Positions 38,051-50,540 of a DNA stretch of 64,000 nucleotides are shown here, in pieces. Every line of letters starts with the position of its first letter. Within the stretch, counting starts at the first letter, position 1. Position numbers and translations under genes: made by a program. This DNA comes from Octopus bimaculoides (lineage: Eukaryota), in the NCBI RefSeq assembly GCF_001194135.2, contig NC_069005.1, positions 7,632,712-7,696,711 of the forward strand, in the 5' to 3' direction. Under the pieces are notes generated by a model. That model was not told the DNA's origin. It made no database searches and saw nothing but the letters and a program-made list of their open reading frames with translations.

Positions 38051-41000
38051 GCTTGTCTTTAGCTTATCAATATATATATATATATGCACACATACACATA
38101 TATATGCATACTCACATACATATATATATGTCATCCCTGAACCACTGTAAAGGTATCTTTATGTGATTGCTTCACCTATATATATATATATATGATGATG
38201 ATGATGATATATGTAGCCATCACATAAAGATACCTTTATGCTGCATCAGCGATGTCTTTAGGCTAAACAAATATCATACTATGCAACATGTTAAGGAAGC
38301 CTCTACATCAACCATGGGCAAACCCAGCAACCTGCCATTCTTACTTGTGTGGTCTGCCTGTGCATGCTCTATTTCAGTCTGCTTGAAATAGCCAGCTAAT
38401 GTCCTTCAAATCATACCCTATCATCTTAAAAACAAAAGGGAAGAGACACATTTAATAATGTGACCCTAGATACCCTCGGTTTGAATAAAAGATGGTTGAC
38501 AATAGCTGGAAATTTCTTTTTATTTGATTATTTAGTTTACTTGATCAGGATGTACATGTGTCGAAACAGCAGCAGAAAGTAAATATTTCACTTTAAAGAC
38601 AGTAAACAATGGGTGAAGCCTGTTTCATATGATTTCAACACCACAACTTTAAAAGTAATGGAAGGCCGTTTTGCTGATGAAATCAGAATAAGACTGAAAC
38701 AATATATGCAGTTGCCTCCCTTATTTGCTAGGCAAAGGATAAAAATGTTAATCATTGACTTAATAACTCAACTATTATTTTTCATGCAGATGATATCCCT
38801 GAAAGATTTCATCTTTAAACAATTCTATTTATCTACGTCTGTAAATGTACACCTCATGCAACTATCTCACCATTACTTTTATGAGTACAATGAAGGCTAT
38901 AGTTTGTTGATGGCGTCTGAATAATGTCGAAACATTTTCTCACGCTATTTCTCATGACAGCAGGCTACGTTAAGGCACGTCCTTTTTCAATAATCATCTT
39001 AGAAAATCCAAGTGAAGTAACTTAATCTTCAAACTTCGTTCCAGTCGTTATTACTCTGGTACATCTACTTTCCTTTTTAGATTTCTATATAATTAACTCT
39101 TCGCCTGACCAAAGCATTTTCATGTCTTAAGCGTCCGTACATATTTTTAGGTTTTTAAGTTTAGCTCGTTTCCTACGTTCTAAGCAACATAAAGCTTTCC
39201 TTTCTTAAGTCTCAAGTTACTCTGATGGTTAAAAAAAAAATGACAATATGTACCATGTATGATAGTGGAAGCCAGGACAGGCAATATATTAACTCTAACA
39301 ATAACTAAATATTTCAAAATATTTATCGCAGAGTCCATCATGATCTTCACCACTAAAAAATTCACGTTCGTATTTTCACTTTGATTCTCAAACGTTATCT
39401 TTCAAAAATATGTATCTTGTTATACAACCCCAGGTCAGAATGGAGTAGAACCATGAACAAAGGTATTCCGCCAATGACTATCTCGTCTTTTTGTGTCCTT
39501 TTTAGATTGTAAAGAAGGTATGAGGAGGGAGATCTGACTAGTCGAGTAACTGAGTCACCGTTTGCATGCATTTATTAGCGTCATAATCGTCGCGCCGGCA
39601 TATATTACAGGTATTACTCCGTTTGTATATTACTCCCGTGCCCCCCACCGCAAGAAAAACAAACAAAAAAAAACTGAATTGAAACAAAAGACACAGATAA
39701 AAGACACGTTTATTCCGCAGTTATCTAACCTGAATACTTATACACACACACACACTCACGCATACATGAATATAATTGCGACTGACAACACGCACACATG
39801 CGCTTGCGCGCACCCGAGCATACGTAAACATAATTATAGCTATGACTGACAACATGCGCGCACACGCACAGCACGTTAACAACACTGCGATGCGCAAACC
39901 CTTCCCTCTGCTATGATTTCCCGTTTAGCAGCATAGACTGGCGCATATATATATATATCTATATATATATATATATATATTATACACACGCACAGTTTAT
40001 TTTAAGAACACTTCCTTTCTGCTGTCAAGTTGTCTTTCATGTCCCGAATTATCCTTTCCTCTCCGTGCAACATTGTTTATATACATTTGCCGTGTATATA
40101 TATATATATATATATATACACATACATACTTACATATTTTAAATAAAAACTGGTGTATATCCCTCCATTCGTTTTAGCTTCATCGGCCAATGCTATGCTG
40201 GGTCATAGTTAATATTTTTTCGGATACATTATACAAGTATCTGTTACACAGAAAACACTAAAATATCCAGTGTGTATATACGTATACATAAATTAAAAAT
40301 TGTAATACATATTACACACAAACCATTCCATATTATGTGGATACATTATACGCACTCAAGCGCAGTATATACACATTCATATACACGCTCACACATTGTG
40401 CTTCGATTAGAACTCCGCCGTTTATGATATATATACACACACACATTCATTACACTAATTGCATAGTGATGCAGACGGTTAGTGTGTATATATATATATA
40501 TATATATACATACACACACACACACACGCACGCTACCTATGTCACTACATATATATACATTGAAACGTTGGTTGGGAAGTTTCGTGAACTTGTCTATATA
40601 CTCTCTTTCTTCCCCACAACGGAACCAACATACCCAGCAGCCATTTTGTCTTGAAGACAAGAATATCTTTCTACACACAAAATAAAAAAAAACTATCAAT
40701 TTGCCTTTGAAAAATATATTTTCTCACGTCTGTAAATCCTTCCCGACATATCTAGGTTTCTATCCCAATTTTTTAAAAATAGATAATATATTTTAAATGG
40801 TAATTCAAAACCTTTAACTTAAAATTTTAGTTAATGATGTTATTTTAATAAATATGGTGTCAGATGCAATCGATCTTTAGACAGTTCGCAATCAGTTCAA
40901 TGACCGATTCATTATCGATTTCTTTACAAGACCACGTATACGAAAAAAAAAAGCCCTCATATTTTTATTTATACAATTCCGTGGGATTTCATAGCTTTTT

Positions 41001-43590
41001 GTTTCATTTTATTTCCTCGAGTAAGCAAGATATCCAGTGCTGCGAGCCAGAATCGAAACCGGCTCCGTATTAATCTTTATCATACTATAGACATTTTCTG
41101 TATCTTTGTCTACCACTTCCTTCCTCCATTTCGGCCGCAGATTGTTTACATGTTCAGAACTTGTCACGAAAAACTATTTCCGTTTGTTTTTAATTAATAT
41201 TTCACCCCTCCCCCTCTTATTTTAATTAGAGCATCCGCCAACGAACCAGTTGAAATAGCAGTCCACTGTCATTATAAATAGGATTCGTGACCCGAAATAT
41301 ATAATTACTTACTGTTTAGAGAGAGAAATTTAAAAAATGGTCACGTTTGGAACGCCTTTAATTGTAAGTCTGCTGGATCAGGTCTGACCGGGGGCTAAAA
41401 AAAAGAAAACCCAACCCAACTGTTACTAGGGAAAAGATTGAAGGCCACCACATCACGTTGCAATCGTCCTAATAGTATCCATAATTCAGCTAGTTTCGCA
41501 AATCCCGGAAAATTTATCTTATGCAAGAAATAAAGTAAAATTATCCCCGAAGACAATAAGACTTAACGAACCTTCATAGTCGCTAGAAATAGCAGCTAAA
41601 TTGAGACTCTTCAAAGTCTTGTAAAAATATCCTTCTATTCTCGGTCTGACCTAGGGTTAAACAACAGCTATTAAGAATTAAATCACAACGCTAATGATAA
41701 TCGTTTAACCCCACCACTATCAAAGGCATCCCAACCACGACCATCATTTATTTTCTTAGATCTAGCTGGTGTTTCTAGCAAGTCGTTACGTGGGTATCTC
41801 AGAGGCATATTAATATAACCCACCACCGCTTTTGCCTGCCTCGTCGCAGACCTACTCAGCGAATTGGGTCACCAATAATAAGTAAGCTATGCTGGTTGTT
41901 GCTGCCAATCAGGTCAGTCTAGTAGTATTCATCTTTAATATAAAAGGTATATGAACTAAAATACATATATAATGATGGCTATGTCTCAGCATGGCCCCAA
42001 ATAGTGAAATGCGTATGCGTGTGTATATATATATATATACACTAGTATGGAGTCAGAAGCCCAGGCCTACTAAAAATAGCAGCTAAATCGCCCGTAAAGC
42101 ATTACTCCCTAAATGAAGGTGAACAGACGAGACAGCAAATGTAGTCCATAATAATGTTAAAAATAAAGACAGGATGGCCATAATTGAAACGTCTATGAAA
42201 GGTGGCAGTAGGGGGCTAAACAGCCACATTAATTCATAAAGCTTTAGAAAATGAACGAAACGCCAAGTTTTCGCACAACCCCCCCCCNNNNNNNNNNTTA
42301 AGGAAAATGGGTGGAGGTGCATATTAAAAAATATATATACGAAGTCCAAGGCTTTTATTGTTGCCATGCTAGCTAAACTCGTCTATTTGGATGGGTGGGA
42401 GAGAATCCACACCAACTGGCTATAATAGCTACTTCTCTCATTCATTTTCTTCCTCTTCCCTTCCCTCCCGTCTCTTTAAGCCTTCACATTTTATATACTC
42501 TCTACACCATTCAGTGCTATATACTTTCCACTTCTGTCATAGCAGCAGTAGTCGCTTGTTGGTTGGCAACTAGGGGGCTTCTTTCTACTGAAAAAAGCAC
42601 AATAACACCCAGACATCACTTAAACAAGCAACCTCACCTTCATTCAGTCGACTTTCACTCATCTCCCCAGCCCCGTCAGCACCACCACCATCATCATCAC
42701 TGCTACCAATTTCTTCTCATTAACACATTCACTTAGTTCAAACACGCCATTATACTAATAAAACCCACCATATCTCCTTAGCTGTGATCCAGTCGACCTG
42801 TGACTAGAAAATACGTGCCATCCGTGACTAAACTGAGACATTGATACTTCCTGGAGATTATCTTCGTAGCTCAAGCGTCATCGTTAGCCCGTGACTGATA
42901 CGGTAGATCACAGAAAAACAATTGAATTTAATGTTATATACCTATACTAACTTGAATCTCGTTTTCTCCTTCCTTAATCCGGTTTATCCAGTACTCAGCG
43001 ACATGTCTATATATACTTACACACACCTTCCTACTCTCCCTCCAACTCCTGCATTATTGCTGCTGCTACCATCTGCCAATTCACATATTTCAACAACTCC
43101 CACTCCAGTGGATCCAAGGTTTTCAGTCCAGACCATTCATTCACCCCATACCATTATCCCCCCCCCCCTATCAAAATCCTATTTTGTCTTGCGTGACGTC
43201 ACCACTAACCATTCTGCTACGTAAACCAATATATGTAAAGGCCCCACCTCCAATGCACAAGACACTCCTATTAGGAGCATGTACACAAACTACTGTAATG
43301 AGCTATGAGGGGAAGCCTTCTACGGTGGTCACTCGACGTGCAGAAAATAACAGCTGATTCCTCCGTAAACTTACTGATAAGTCCTCACGCAGATGGTCGT
43401 GATAGGGCTTTGGTATCTTAGATTCAATTTAATCAAGCCATGTATCTTTGTTCCTTCAAGTAACTTTTGCTACAGCTGCAGTCATTTATCACTAATCTAA
43501 CCTGTCGAAGCAAACACGGGTGTTCACTCGCTTTAAAGATTTGAATATATCTATATTATTGGGTTGAATGACAATGGATCGGTCAGTATC

Positions 43591-43768
43591 AAACCAAAAT
43601 ATTTGACTGGTACTTACTTGTCTGTGATAAATACTAACCCAAACCCTTTGTCTCCCCAGCCAAATAATCCGCTTTCTCCAAACCAAAATATTTGACTGGT
43701 ACTTACTTGTCTGTGATAAATACTAACCCAAACCCTTTGTCTCCCCAGCCAAATAATCCGCTTTCTCC
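43591..43768 (+). repeat. Perfect 89-bp tandem duplication spanning the UQCC4 branch point and splice acceptor
   Basis: 43591-43679 repeats as 43680-43768; each copy contains TACTAAC...ccctttgtctccccAG. Confidence 0.92.
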
Positions 43769-44177
43769 TTCTGTCAACCAAAACAGGTTTGCAGCCATGT
43801 CGTCATCACCAACGGCAAAGAAAACAGCAGACGGTGTCACGGAACCAGTGAAATACTCGCAGAGTAAAGCTGCCTCCTGGAAATCTTTGGACACGTTCAA
43901 AAAACCACACAGCGACCGACTCAAAATCGAACCCTTCGTCGTGTCGTTCAGCATCTCTGTGCTCCTTATATACTTCGCTTTCTTAAGGGAAGAGAACGAC
44001 CTGGACTTGGAAATGGACAAGACCCTGTACCAGAGGATCCCTGCCTTGGAGAAGACTCAGTTGCAGATGCAGATTCAACAGAACAAAAAGCAGGGCATAG
44101 AGAATGCAGCATTACAGAAACGACTGCAAGAGGTAGAAGCAGAAATTAAGAAACGAAAGTCAACTCCCACCCAATAA
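43749..44177 (+). CDS. UQCC4: UQCC4 / CCSMST1 (C16orf91) family mitochondrial complex III assembly factor, main coding exon
   Basis: EPVKYSQSKAASW, a hydrophobic segment and FLREENDLD match the family pattern (human PIEFSSSKA...W...CYLREE, recalled). It is preceded by a TACTAAC branch point, a pyrimidine tract and CAG (43748). In-frame Met at 43797; the stop TAA overlaps AATAAA (44173-44178). No upstream exon was found, so the ORF-track start at 43692 is probably intronic. Confidence 0.85.
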   Translation, partial: PNNPLSPSVNQNRFAAMSSSPTAKKTADGVTEPVKYSQSKAASWKSLDTFKKPHSDRLKIEPFVVSFSISVLLIYFAFLREENDLDLEMDKTLYQRIPALEKTQLQMQIQQNKKQGIENAALQKRLQEVEAEIKKRKSTPTQ

Positions 44178-45395
44178 ATTATTGCTCAAACTTACCACAT
44201 TCGTGCCTTGGTTTATTCATTATTTGGGGCCCTTATCTCAGTAGTTAGTCTAGGGCAACAATTTAACCCTAGGAATTTGAATCAACGGCCCAGTCACCGG
44301 AAAAAGGAGGGTCGGGGTTTATTATATAGCTAGTGATGAATGAAATGAGTTCCTGGGTCATGCCATATCTCCCGGCTGCTAGCAATATAGGTTTTGTTAA
44401 AAGACGTGGGGGATAAAGTGACAACGCTCAGGGTGAAATCCTTACAAAAGCAATATTTTAGAAATTGGCAGTAAAAACACAATCCAAGACTTATATGTAC
44501 AGTGTATGGACCAAAAAACTTTTATTATGAAGCTATAGTGAGATGCAGTACAGTGAATGTAAAGAGACAAGGACAAAAAAGTGGGGTGTACAATTTAAAT
44601 TAGTTGGGGAGAGGGGGTAGAGCGAGCAGGGTTGGGTGGAGAGAATAGTGTGTAAAGATGATGGTAGAGTCTAGAGACTCCTTTCGGGGGAGAAAGGATG
44701 CAACTTTTTCCTTAAAGAAAAAAATGTGGACTAACTTAAAATAGGTTGCTCTTATTTGGGGGGAGGGTCTAAAATGGAGCGGGGGGAAAGGGATTAGCAA
44801 AAAGGGCGTAGTCAAGGGAGGGTTGTTTGTAAACAAGACCCCCAGACATTATTACACACTAAGTTGGGATGGGGGGAGGTACATTAAAATTATAGGAAAA
44901 TATAGAAACAAAAATAAACGACTCCAATGGAATAAATAAAACCCCAAGTTTCCTTTGACCCTCAATTTTTTTCTTCTTCCAATGTAAATTTCAAAACACT
45001 GATGGAGGTTTTTTTTTTACGTGAAGAGTGAAGGAGGAGGAGGAGGAGGAAAACAAACCTCATGGGACACGGGGGGAAAGGGGAAGATGGCGGCGACAGA
45101 GGAAGCTTGGACAAAAAAAGAAACGAAAATACATCTTTCCAAAATAATTATACCAATGGTCTACATGGTCTTTATAAAAAAGTTTTATGTCCTAATATGA
45201 AATATTACAAAATGATGACATGAAAATGGTACTTGTATTCATATTATTATTATTAATGGTCAGTAATATATGAGAGAGAAAGATAGATAGAGTTGTGTGA
45301 AGAGTGGCGTGTTTTTTTTTTTTGTATTTTTCTTGTATACAATTGGTGTGATTAAGTGGTGTGTTGGTTGGGGCAAAGGTAGTAGTGTGGTGTTT

Positions 45396-45593
<198 letters not shown>

Positions 45594-46020
45594 TTATCAC
45601 AAGATCTTGGTTCTAAAATGCATTAAAAAAACTAGACGTGAAACCCTAACTTAAGACTAAACAACATCACATTCGTTTCCTGTCCCTCCAGCAAACGATC
45701 GTAAATAATAATTACACAACGAATCAGGCAGAAAGCATTAAAAAGGAAGAAATGTATTAAAACAGTATGTAGACATACAGCCTACATCATGACTCCAAAT
45801 GTTATATTTCGTTCATTAAACCAACGGCAAAATATAGTCACATCAAAATAATTTGATAATTACATCTTACAAGCAACGAAAAACATTAAAAAAAAAAAAA
45901 ACGTCGAAATTAATTTCTAATAAAATTTAAATTGTTCGAAACCGATTCACGTCAGTTGTGTATCGATGTCGCTACAATTTCACGTTAAATGTGACGATCC
46001 TTCAGGTGACACCAATTTTA

Positions 46021-46386
<366 letters not shown>

Positions 46387-46448
46387 TTATTTTTTTTATT
46401 AATCGTCGTCAGAAGAATTGCTGCGGCTGCAATGAAACAAACACATAC

Positions 46449-46511
46449 ACTGACTCGTTGCGCGCACAGCGTGGCGGGTTTATATAGCAACTGGTCCTCG
46501 GCGCATGCGCA
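46449..46511 (-). promoter_or_regulatory. H3.3 proximal core promoter candidate: NRF1-like GCGCATGCGC, TATATAAA, Inr TCAGT
   Basis: NRF1 palindrome at 46501-46510. Minus-strand CTATATAAA at 46487-46479 and TCAGT at 46453-46449, about 33 nt apart. Confidence 0.65.
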
Positions 46512-48086
46512 CTGGCCAGACTAAACAATGGTAAAGAGGAAAGACAAGGATACTAAACGATACTAGCTTCGATATATATATTCTCATCTATTATATACAT
46601 ATAATATATACACACACATATACATGTATTTATAGTTGATGTTTAACAATCAACGTTTAATATACACAATTTTCAGCCTTCAAATACCATTCCCCCCCCC
46701 TTTCTTTAATTTATAAATCGACAGCACAATTCAGAATATTTATAATCCATGAATTGAAATATAACATGGAGCAATGGCGATTTCAAAATGGTTTATCAAG
46801 TCTTAGGTCTATTCGATTTTCAAAGGAGCCATTATTTCTCTTAAACCATGCAGCATAATTAAGTAACCAAAATTTTATGTTTCACATTAAAATTTAAGGC
46901 AATTACAAAAATTAAAAAAAAAAAAAAAAAAATTTCCATTTTTCAATTTATATAAAAATTTAAAATTGTGTCGAGAACTATGGTTACATATGATAAAAGC
47001 CATCAATAAAAACTATGATAATAATCTTTCGCTAAAAAAAAATATTTCTAAATCTGACAGCCTCAAAAAATACTTGAAAGGACGAACTAGGAAAAAATAT
47101 TAGACAATATGGCTTCGGTTTATAGTGGGAGGTCGGAGGAAAAAGAAAAAAGAAATCGTTAGGACTTAGGAAAAAAAAAAAGTAATTTCTGATTTCACAT
47201 CTGGCTCGTCAATTTTGTAACAAACCAAGTCCAAATTCAGAAATTCTGTTTAAAAAAAATACATATAGTTAATCTAAGAAATCTATGAGATATGACTTGA
47301 TAATTATACATAGAGACATGGGGCTTTTATTTAATTACAAGAGTTGAAAGCGTTTCTCAAATATTTTCTTCGTGGAAACGCTTTTATTTTTCCTCGTCCA
47401 AATAATAATAGTATATGATAAACATGGGGAAAAGAAAAACAAAGAAAAAATGGGGGAATTAAAACTAAGGTGAACAACAAGAACAGAGATATTGAGTGAC
47501 GACCGACCTAGTTTTTGAAAAAGGCTTTTTTCTAAAAAGAAAGGAATATCTTAGACTTCTTGCTATAAATAGTCAACAACGACTGCTGCAGCAGCAAGCA
47601 AGGCACCATTCCACCAAAGAGAGAATTGGTCGGAAATATATAGATATCTAGTTGAGAATCAAGAAACTTCATGATGTTGTGTATAGATAAATGTTGGTCT
47701 TTATTTCTAGTGTGGAGTGGGTTAAGAGAATAATAATAAATAAAGCGAGTGGAGAGAGGAAAAAACTGACTGCAGCGGTTTCTCATGACTATAAACAACA
47801 ATCAATATGGCGGGAGTCACACGGAAAGCACCAACTCTATATTTTTCAACTTTGGGCCGAATTTTTCTAATGAAGAAAGAATTAAAAAATGACTACAACC
47901 GCAGAGGAGTAATTTTAGGACATTCCTACATTGGAAACGAAGTAAATATAAACAAAGCTACTTACATTATTTCCTGGGATAGAAATTATAGATTCAAAGT
48001 CAAAGTACAACCTCGAAGAATACAACCTTAATAGATAGAATAGCTCATTAGCGTTATGACCATGTGATGTTACGTAGGAGAACGTC

Positions 48087-48209
48087 ATTGGATAAGCTAT
48101 TCGGCTTCCGATTGGTTATCAAGCAGCCCATTTCATTGGACAGTTTAAGAAATAACACGCATTAACGATTGGATAGAAATTGGCGCTTTTCATTGGTGGA
48201 GTATATTGG
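48087..48209 (-). promoter_or_regulatory. Cluster of seven co-oriented CCAAT boxes with CRE-like sites (distal H3.3 promoter candidate)
   Basis: Plus-strand ATTGG at 48087, 48111, 48135, 48168, 48179, 48192 and 48205. CRE-like AACGTCAT at 48081 and GACGTCA at 48251. A minus-strand donor AAT|GTAAGT lies at 47966/47965. Confidence 0.7.
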
Positions 48210-49519
48210 CAGCCGCTTGAGCCGATATTTCTTAATTTTTTAAAACAGTAGACGTCAAAATACTTTATATCTAAGAAGTGAATTCATGTGCTACCTTGAG
48301 CATTTCACCAATGTCTTCAGGAATGGACATTTATTTACAGAAAAACTTTTTTTTTTATAAGAGACAATTAGCCATACTTACTCATTTCCCTTAGTTTCAA
48401 AATATTTATTTATTCTCAACATATGTAAATCTCTGAACAACATTTGTTACAGCAGGAAATTTGTTAAATAATGAACATATTTTCGGTAAAGATAAGTCAG
48501 ATACCAAATATGCAGGAACCTGTCGCACATTTAAAAATAAATTACAGATCCGGAAATATGAATTATATAATGATATTAAATATTTCCCAAAATAACTATC
48601 TTTAAACAGTATATTTATTGGTTTGCGCACACTATCTGTAAACCAAAAGTTTGTCAAAGTTTAAATTTGTTGCTGTATACAACCCACATGCTTTTGCAAA
48701 TACGCGATCGGTCGACCAAATTTCACACAATTACACAGCCTATCATCTTAATGAAAAGAAAGGCATTGAATGATGTCATGAATACACTTTTATACTATTT
48801 TATTGGTTTCAGGCTCTGGGCTGTAGTCTTATTGGAACACAAAAATGACGAAGGCTAGAGTTGGATTCATGATCCTAGGCCAGGTTGATCACAGCTGACT
48901 TAAGCTACACAAGCCTCTACATGGTGGGTCACATCACCTGCTGTAAATAACTGAATCTTCCTTAAATCACATTCCTTTATCTTAAAATAGGAAGGTCATA
49001 TTAGATTAAGTAATCATAAATATACTATGTCCGAATATAGACGAGATGGTCACAGTTAGAAGGACTCTAGGTTTTAAGCAACAACTCATAAGAGTATGAG
49101 CCAATAAAAGAGCAACTAAGTGGTCATTTGACTTGCTAGAAATAGAAACCAAGTCTCTGACAATTACACCATGCCTTAAAAACAGGAAAAGTGTTCTATA
49201 AATACTTTAATACATTTCCTGTTTTAAGCAAGTGGTATTGTTGTTTGGAGACTTAGCGTCTCTTGAAAATAAATACATTTAAAACTTCACACACTGCTAT
49301 TTTTGCTAGACATACAAGTGCCAACCAGCTGGTGGTCAATTAAGCCACCCACCTAATAGAGCTCATCCAATGTTTGCTGGCCAATTTCACTGACGATGAC
49401 TAAGTTTGACCAGAAACACGCAGTAAGATCGAACACAGAACTATAAGACTGCAAAACTGCAAAACAAATTTCTTAATCTCATGACCGCGCCTGCTATGAA
49501 GATTTGTTTGAAAACTATT

Positions 49520-50540
49520 TTGTGAGGGGAATTAGAGAGGAAATTCCAGGCATAGAAGCTCAACCTTGACGTGAGAGCCTTTTCCCTACTTATAAGTAGG
49601 GAAAAGGCTCATGGCATCAAAGAAAAGGCCTTGCTCAATATGTAGAAAATGACTAGGTATAAATTCCATGTACTGTTCCCATTGTAAGCTATGGACACAA
49701 GTGTGGTGGAGTCATAGGCAGGCTAACAGAGATCATATACTTCACACATGATAGATTTACTGGAGCAGTACACACAGGAAACAAATTCCCTAAAATGTCT
49801 GGATAGCTCACTAGCAGTAGCTGATAGTATATCTGTTACCTATGAGATATAAGTAGCAAGGGAGATGGTTACTCTGGAAGTTTAGCCAAAGCAAGATAAG
49901 GTTGGAGAAAGTTCAGGGAGCTACTACCACTGTTGGCAACAGAGATCTTTTCCCTCAGAGTGAAAAAGCAGATTGTAAGATGCTTATATTAGAACTGTGG
50001 AGGCGCAATGGCCCAGTGGTTAGGGCAGCAGACTTGTGGTTTCAATTCCCAGACCAGGCGTTGTGAGTGTTTATTGAGCGAAAACACCTGAAGCTCCACG
50101 AGGATCCGGGAGGGGGGACCCTGCTGTACTCTTTCACCACAACTTTCTCTCACTCTTTCTTCCTGTTTCTGTTGTGCCTGTAATTCAAAGGGTCAGCCTT
50201 GTCACACTGTGTCATGCTGAATATCCCCGAGAACTACGTTAAGGGTACACGTGTCTGTGGAGTGCTCAGCCACTTGCACGTTAATTTCACGAGCAGGCTA
50301 TTCCGTTGATCGGATCAACTGGAACCCTCGACGTCGTAAGCGACGGAGTGCCAACAATATTAGAACTGCATTGCAACATGATAGTGAGACAGGCCTTGAA
50401 TCTTGAAGACTTGAAAAAACTGGAAAGAAATGAACCCAGTATGCTCCACTGAATACGAATGAACCTGACCGACATATTACAAATGTGCTGGTAGAAAAAT
50501 TGGCAGAAGAGAAATCAGATGCAGTGTGCAAAAAAAAAGA
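49520..50540 (+). mobile_element. RTE LINE remnant interrupted by a SINE
   Basis: WRKFRELLPLLATRDL before the SINE and KKLERNEPSML after it. Confidence 0.65.
49997..50356 (+). mobile_element. Full-length tRNA-derived SINE with TSD
   Basis: A-box TGGCCCAGTGG and B-box-like GTTTCAATTCCC; 11-bp TSD ATATTAGAACT at 49986-49996 and 50357-50367. A sister copy lies at 63757-64000. Confidence 0.85.

Noticed and set aside
41150-41181. MFRTCHEKLF as a possible first exon of UQCC4
   Set aside because: The only nearby donor (GTTTGT) is weak and phase 2, incompatible with the phase-0 acceptor at 43748.
43692-43748. ORF-track start for the UQCC4 ORF (MTGTYLSVINTNPNPLSPQ)
   Set aside because: It begins at a TTG inside the duplicated intron end containing the branch point and pyrimidine tract, so it is probably not translated.
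44333-44400. Box C-like GTGATGA, a possible C/D snoRNA
   Set aside because: No matching box D (CTGA) or terminal stem, and it is not intronic.
44600-44880. G-run clusters with G-quadruplex potential
   Set aside because: They are on the strand opposite the H3.3 mRNA, have long loops, and are common in such UTRs; no specific support.
47807-48031. 74-aa plus-strand ORF MAGVTRKAPTLYFSTLGRIF... with a good Kozak context
   Set aside because: No recognisable homology. The ATG is part of a YY1-type motif and the ORF lies antisense to the putative H3.3 upstream exon, so it cannot be supported without expression data.
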